A DNA stretch of 64,000 nt, taken from NCBI GenBank assembly GCA_965214095.1, contig OZ243938.1, positions 2,976,001 to 3,040,000 on the forward strand. Reading direction: 5' to 3'. How positions within the stretch are numbered: the stretch's first letter is position 1; every line of letters starts with the position of its first letter. The notes below the pieces were generated by a model. That model saw only the letters and a list, made by a program, of their open reading frames with translations. It had not been told where the DNA came from and searched no databases. The stretch comes from Candidatus Poribacteria bacterium (lineage in GTDB: Bacteria > Poribacteria > WGA-4E > WGA-3G). Positions 58,496 through 64,000 of the stretch are shown here, piece by piece. The translations under genes and the position numbers were made by a program.

Positions 58496-61400
58496 CTATT
58501 TCCGTATCAACATTTTCCGGGTAGCAGTGAAATCGCCTGCTTTGAAGGTGACGAAATAGACACCTGTAGCGACTTTCTCTCCGATACTGTTTCTACCATC
58601 CCAATGTGCAGCACGTTGTTGACTTGTATAGAAACCTGCTTTCTGCTGTCCTAATGCTAATGTCCGAACGACAACACCACGCATGTTATAGATGGTCAAT
58701 GTGACATCGGCAGGTTTAGACAACTGGTAAGGTATCCATGTTTCCGGGTTGAATGGGTTTGGGTAGTTCGGTAAAAAGTCTGTCTTGTCTGGTATCTGCA
58801 CCAACTCTTGTGGGGCAAGATTGATAGCGGGTAAAATTACCGGTGGTCGAGTAGGATCTATAGCCAATAGGTAGCCACGGTGTCCTGGCTCTATCATAAA
58901 GTGGGCAATGGCTCGGACTAGGATAACAGAATTAGTGGAGGTGCGGACAATATCAAGGACACCACCCTCGGTGCTGCCTGCAGGGATTACCATCGAATCA
59001 TAAGATAAACCATTGTGGGTTTCCTCGCCACTTGCTGCGCCATTGAGAATTATAACCGCCACATTCAAATCAACTGGGGCTCCTACCGGACACACCGCTT
59101 TGATCTGCCCATCAGCGACTTTCGTTATTTTAATAAAAATTGTGAAAGGATCGGTACTGTTTCCCGACAGATTGATGGTAGTCATTAGCCTGCCATTAGC
59201 CAGCAATCCATCTGGTAATGTACTCAAACTGTTATTGCTTATATCAAGATTGTCCAATGTCGTCATGCTTGTTAACAGATTGTCTGGCAACGAACTAATA
59301 CTGTTATCACTTATGTCAAGAGTCACCATGGCAGTGAGATTATCAAAAATACCTGATGGAAGAGATGTTAAACTGTTGTTTTCCAGGTTAAGGTATGTCA
59401 ATGCCGTGAGATCGTCAAACACATCATCAGATAGTGATGTTAAACCGTTGTTTCCCAGATTTAGTGACACCAAAGACGAGAGACCGTCAAATATACCAGA
59501 GGGTAACGAACTCAGGTTATTACTGAAAATGGTCAGCTCTCTTAGGTTTGTAAGTCCATCAAAATCATCTGCTGTCAGAGAGGATATTGATTCCGAACTG
59601 AGATCTATTGCGAGAATCTGCAAAAGGTGACCCGTTTTGACATCGGCAGCAGTTGACACATTAGATAGTGCTTGGACAATCGCATCACTCACTTGCGAAC
59701 TGCGGCTACTAAGTGAAACTGAGGGATCGGAATCATCAAACTCTGTAACATTTATCGTGATGTCAATGGAGTCAGTTCCCCCGAATCCATCGGACACAGA
59801 TACGGTTACGGCGTATGAGTTTTTCGTATCATAATCTAATGTTGCGCTGGTTTTGAGTTGTCCTGTTGTGCTATCAATACTAAATGAGTCAGCATCTGTA
59901 CCTCCAAGACTGTATGTGAGTGCATCATTTGCATCAGCATCCGTAGCAGTTACAGGCTCACCAATTGTTCTCCCAGATGGAGTCCCCTCAATGACTGATC
60001 GGGATGCGCTTGTTCCTTCTGTGAATTCGGGTACTTCGTTATTTCCCTTAAAGATATTAATTCTGGTCTCATCATAAATAAGTTGATAATCCGCTCGATC
60101 ATCAGGTGGGGGCAGCGGTAAAAGGGAAAGATAAACGACAGCATCCTCCGTTGTCCCCGCATCTCGGACTAAAGTATATTCGGGACTTTCTACTGCACCC
60201 TTTGGAATTCTGGGGGTGATATTTCCTCCACTATAACTACAGTTTACAGTGATGACCGATGCGCCAATACTAATGGGGGCACCAATGGGACACACAAGTT
60301 TTATTTTATCCGTGCCAACCTTCTCAATACTTACAGTTATATCAAAAGGAGCCCCTGGATTAAGAGATAAACCAAGAGAAGTTAAACTGGTGAGTCCATC
60401 AAAAAATCTATCTGGCAATGATAGTAGGTTGTTATTTGACATTACAAACCATTCTAGCTTTGACAAGTTACTGAGAATACCCTCTGGTAATGAAGAAATT
60501 TGGTTATCAGACAGGGTAAGACTCCACGAATTTGAGAGTTGGTCAAAAATACCACTGGGTAGTGAAGTCAGATTGTTGTTGTGCATATCCAGTCGTGTCA
60601 GTGAAGTTAGGCTATCAAAGACTGTGCTCGATAAGGAGGTTAGTCCTGTAGCTTCTAGGTCCAGTGTACTCAGTGAAGTTAGGTTATCAAAGAGACCTGA
60701 AGGTAGCGTACTGATGTTACAACCTTCAATATGCAAAGTATTAAGGGATGTAAGATTGTCAAATAAACCGGCGGGTAATGACGTGAGATCATTATAACTG
60801 ATGTTCAGAAAAGTCAGTGATGTAAGGTCATCAAAGACATCTGCGGGGAACGAGGATATGTCATTTTGTTGCAGGTTGAGATACGTTAAACCAGTGAGAC
60901 CGTCAAAGTCATCAGCACTTAACGAAGATATTGATTTCCAAGAGAGATCAATTGAACGAATGCCATTAAGGTGTACTTGGAATACGTCGTCTGCTGAATG
61001 GACATTGGGTAGTTTGCCGAGAATAGCATTCCTGACAGCAATATTTCTATCACTGAGTGGAATTTCGGGAGGTGTTTCATCTAAATCGGTGACATTGATT
61101 GTGACTGAAATGGAAGCGGTTCCACCGAAAGTATCAGCAACGTCAACGGTCACGACATGGGATGTACTCGTTTCATAATCCAACGCGCCATTGGTTATAA
61201 GTTGACCTGTGGTGCTTTCAATACTAAATAGAGCTGCATCAGTTCCGCTGAGTGTATAAGTGAGTCTATCGTTATCAGCATCCGTAGCCGATACGGGATC
61301 ACCGATGTGAACATTAGAAGGTGTTCTTTCTTGGATAGAACGTGTTGTGCTGCTCCCATCTGTAAATACAGGTATGTTGTTGTCAGCTCTAAACACATTC

Positions 61401-64000
61401 AAATCACTCCCTTTTGTCAATACATAACCGCTGTGATCTGAGGGTCTACCAGGTAAAGTTCCGATAGACGCGATAACATCGTCTGTCGTCCCGGCAGTGC
61501 GTGTCACTGTCAGTGTCTCACTATCAGTAGCACCTTGTGAAATTGATACACTTGTTGCCCCACCAGTGATACTCCCATTTGTAACACTCACAGGCACGGT
61601 TATATCAAAAGGCGCGCCCGTAACCGCGACTGCTTTGAATTGTCCTTGTGCAACCAGTTCCAAAGCGATAGGCAGTGATAGTGGCTCAACAGAATTTTCT
61701 TCTAAATGAAGTTCTGAAAGACTGGTCAGGTTGACAAATATGCCAGCGGGTATAGAGGAGAAGTCGTTGTCTCTGAGGTCAAGCGTTGACAGGGATGTGA
61801 GTTTCTCAAAAATACCAGGTGGTAGTGTGGTAAAACTGTTTGAATCCAGGCGAAGATCTGTTAATGATGTCAGATTATCAAAAACACCGGACGGTAGACT
61901 ACTCATTCGACAGTAGAACAAATCAAGTGATCTTAGTGAAATAAGATCGTCAAAAATTTTGGGAGGTAGGGTGCCTATAGCAGTGTTAATAGACAAATTA
62001 ATACCCGTCAAACTGGTAAGTCCATCAAAATCACCCACTTTCAGTCCCTGGATGTTATATGCCCTTAGATTTAATGTTCCGCCTATTGCTGCAAGATGTT
62101 CTGCCGTTACATCCGTAGCATTGTAGATGCCAGGGACCTTACTCACAATTGCATTGCGCACATCTGCGGTGCGCTCACTCACAGGAGTTATACTTTCGTT
62201 TACATCTATAATGTTGATCGTGACGGTGATCGTCGCACTATTGTTACTCGCGCCGCTGTCATCCACCACCTTGACGGTTACCGAATACGAACTCTTTGTT
62301 TCATAATCCAACGCGGTACTGGTTTGCAGCTGCCCTGATGTGGTGACAATACTAAACGAGGACGCATCCGTGCCTTCAAGCGAATATGTGAGAGTATCAC
62401 CAAGATCTGTAGCAGATATAGGATCGCCAATGTTGGTACCGGCATCCGTATTCTCTCTTATAGAACGTGTGGTACTACTACCATCGGTAAAAACTGGGGT
62501 AACGTTATCACCTCTTATTACGATAGCATTTTGCCCCTTGGTAAGCGTGTATCCTGTATGGTTTGTGGGAATGTCAGGTAAAGTGCCAATAGATGCCACA
62601 ACATGGGCAGTTGTACCGGTGGTGCGTGTCACTGTCAGTGTCTCACTATCAGTAGCACCTTGTGAAATTGTTACACTTGTTGCCCCACCCGTGATACTCC
62701 CATTCGTAACACTCACAGGCACGGTTATATCAAAAGGCGCGCCCGTAACCGCAACCGCTTTGAATTGTCCATCAACAACTTGTTCCAAAGCGATAGGCAG
62801 TGGGAGTGGATCAACAGGATTTGCGTGGAGATTAACATCTGAAAGACTGGTAAGATTAACAAACATCCCGTTCGGTATAGAATTGAACTGGTTTCTAAAT
62901 AGTTCAAGTTTTCTCAGTGATGTGAGATTGGCAAAAATACCTGCAGGTAATGAACTCAATTTGCACCCATCCAGGTCAAGATTTATTAATGATGTAAGGT
63001 TGTCAAAAACACCTGTAGGTAATGAACTAATTTTGTTGTTTTCCATCTCAAGTGTTGTCAGAGAGGTAAGATCATCAAAGATTCCAGCAGGTATTGAAGA
63101 TAAATTTGTGTTCCAATCCAAGTCAAGATATGTCAAACTGGTCAGTCCATCGAAATCACCTGCTCTGAGTGATACAATGTTCGACGTTGCGAGACTCAGT
63201 GTGCCCGTTATCGCTGCGAGATGTTCTTCCGTTACATCCGCAGCGTTGCTGATGTCAGGCACCTTATTCACAATTGCATCGCGCACTACTGGGGTGCGTT
63301 CACTCACAGGAGTTGTACCTTCCTCTACATCGGTGATATTGATAGTAACAGCAATGGTTGCACTATTGTTACTTGCGCCACTGTCATCCGTCACCTTGAC
63401 AGTCACAGAATACGTACTCTTTTCTTCATAATTCAACGCAGCGCTTGTTTGCAGCTGCCCTGATGTGCTCACAATACTGAATGAGGACGCATCTGTACCC
63501 TCAAGACTATAGGTCAATGTGTCACCTGTATCTGCATCTGTTGCAGCGACGGCGGTACCGATGTTTTCACCGGACGCAGTATTTTCTGCGATAGAACGGT
63601 CGGTGCTGGCACCATCAGTAAACACAGGCGTGTTGTTGGTTTGGTTTTGCCGTGAAATACGGGTGACAAGGATTGTCCCAGATACTTCAGCAGTGCCACC
63701 ATTCCCGTCTGATGCGATTACGTTTATTGAATACGACGAACTGGTATGATCAATAAGCGTTTGCGTAACTTGGATCTTTCCTGTGGACGTCTCTATGGTA
63801 AAATAAGAGGCATCTGTTCCACCCAGACTATAGGTCAATGTGTCATCATCAGGATCCGTCGCGGTTACAGCAGTACCGATCATATCACCGACCGACGCAG
63901 ACGCAATATCTGCTATGCGATAGTTAAAACTATTTGCTGAAAATGTTGGCGCACGGTTCTCATCCACGTCTGTGATGTTAATCGTGACGGTGATAGTGGT
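58496..64000 (-). CDS. Giant LRR/cadherin protein, 5'-truncated by the window edge (>1834 aa): four capped LRR cassettes alternating with cadherins, plus C-terminal domain
   Basis: Frame is open to 64000 (TTITVTINITDVDENRAP); NYPNPFNPETWIPY...TRKMLIRK. Confidence 0.9.
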   Translation of the reverse strand, partial: TTITVTINITDVDENRAPTFSANSFNYRIADIASASVGDMIGTAVTATDPDDDTLTYSLGGTDASYFTIETSTGKIQVTQTLIDHTSSSYSINVIASDGNGGTAEVSGTILVTRISRQNQTNNTPVFTDGASTDRSIAENTASGENIGTAVAATDADTGDTLTYSLEGTDASSFSIVSTSGQLQTSAALNYEEKSTYSVTVKVTDDSGASNNSATIAVTINITDVEEGTTPVSERTPVVRDAIVNKVPDISNAADVTEEHLAAITGTLSLATSNIVSLRAGDFDGLTSLTYLDLDWNTNLSSIPAGIFDDLTSLTTLEMENNKISSLPTGVFDNLTSLINLDLDGCKLSSLPAGIFANLTSLRKLELFRNQFNSIPNGMFVNLTSLSDVNLHANPVDPLPLPIALEQVVDGQFKAVAVTGAPFDITVPVSVTNGSITGGATSVTISQGATDSETLTVTRTTGTTAHVVASIGTLPDIPTNHTGYTLTKGQNAIVIRGDNVTPVFTDGSSTTRSIRENTDAGTNIGDPISATDLGDTLTYSLEGTDASSFSIVTTSGQLQTSTALDYETKSSYSVTVKVVDDSGASNNSATITVTINIIDVNESITPVSERTADVRNAIVSKVPGIYNATDVTAEHLAAIGGTLNLRAYNIQGLKVGDFDGLTSLTGINLSINTAIGTLPPKIFDDLISLRSLDLFYCRMSSLPSGVFDNLTSLTDLRLDSNSFTTLPPGIFEKLTSLSTLDLRDNDFSSIPAGIFVNLTSLSELHLEENSVEPLSLPIALELVAQGQFKAVAVTGAPFDITVPVSVTNGSITGGATSVSISQGATDSETLTVTRTAGTTDDVIASIGTLPGRPSDHSGYVLTKGSDLNVFRADNNIPVFTDGSSTTRSIQERTPSNVHIGDPVSATDADNDRLTYTLSGTDAALFSIESTTGQLITNGALDYETSTSHVVTVDVADTFGGTASISVTINVTDLDETPPEIPLSDRNIAVRNAILGKLPNVHSADDVFQVHLNGIRSIDLSWKSISSLSADDFDGLTGLTYLNLQQNDISSFPADVFDDLTSLTFLNISYNDLTSLPAGLFDNLTSLNTLHIEGCNISTLPSGLFDNLTSLSTLDLEATGLTSLSSTVFDSLTSLTRLDMHNNNLTSLPSGIFDQLSNSWSLTLSDNQISSLPEGILSNLSKLEWFVMSNNNLLSLPDRFFDGLTSLTSLGLSLNPGAPFDITVSIEKVGTDKIKLVCPIGAPISIGASVITVNCSYSGGNITPRIPKGAVESPEYTLVRDAGTTEDAVVYLSLLPLPPPDDRADYQLIYDETRINIFKGNNEVPEFTEGTSASRSVIEGTPSGRTIGEPVTATDADANDALTYSLGGTDADSFSIDSTTGQLKTSATLDYDTKNSYAVTVSVSDGFGGTDSIDITINVTEFDDSDPSVSLSSRSSQVSDAIVQALSNVSTAADVKTGHLLQILAIDLSSESISSLTADDFDGLTNLRELTIFSNNLSSLPSGIFDGLSSLVSLNLGNNGLTSLSDDVFDDLTALTYLNLENNSLTSLPSGIFDNLTAMVTLDISDNSISSLPDNLLTSMTTLDNLDISNNSLSTLPDGLLANGRLMTTINLSGNSTDPFTIFIKITKVADGQIKAVCPVGAPVDLNVAVIILNGAASGEETHNGLSYDSMVIPAGSTEGGVLDIVRTSTNSVILVRAIAHFMIEPGHRGYLLAIDPTRPPVILPAINLAPQELVQIPDKTDFLPNYPNPFNPETWIPYQLSKPADVTLTIYNMRGVVVRTLALGQQKAGFYTSQQRAAHWDGRNSIGEKVATGVYFVTFKAGDFTATRKMLIRK
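63330..64000. repeat. ~670-bp near-identical intergene repeat (partner ~49330-49997)
   Basis: DENRAPTFSANSFNYRIADIASASVGD...GASNNSATI is shared at near DNA identity between two giant genes. Confidence 0.88.

Noticed and set aside
6644-63940. Many plus-strand ORFs of 60-363 aa, such as 62340-63431, 59013-59630 and 20465-21088
   Set aside because: They are antisense shadows of long repetitive minus-strand genes, with no independent motifs
1-64000. tRNA, rRNA, prophage or integrase
   Set aside because: None recognised by eye; no covariance search was possible, so small RNAs could have been missed

Overview
This is a bacterial window whose gene content and C-terminal motifs strongly suggest Candidatus Poribacteria, a sponge symbiont; the taxon is inferred, not searched. 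The first ~21 kb holds a partial WD40 gene, a PhyH-type dioxygenase, a LamG protein, a frameshifted double-vWA protein, moaB and a B12-radical SAM gene. It also has a split ECF transporter (EcfT and fused EcfAA') enclosing two metzincin-LRR genes and an FGE-sulfatase lipoprotein, plus a dual-Cache lipoprotein. From ~22 kb to the end is a minus-strand array of giant secreted proteins (up to 3845 aa). They are built from LRR, cadherin, Big_1, WD40, lamin-tail and dockerin-like modules, and most end in a conserved NxPNPFNPETWIPY...TRKMLI domain. The main candidate for a new system is a cap-LRR(n)-cap cassette, reused about 19 times, with constant framework DNA and hypervariable concave-face codons (VLR-like), plus clear signs of shuffling between paralogues. 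One giant gene is cleanly interrupted by a 1000-bp IS5-family element (ACT duplication, -1 frameshift transposase). The intergenic DNA holds several MITE/REP families, a ~0.95-kb segmental duplication and an inverted MITE pair bracketing the largest gene. No rRNA, tRNA, CRISPR or reverse transcriptase was recognised.
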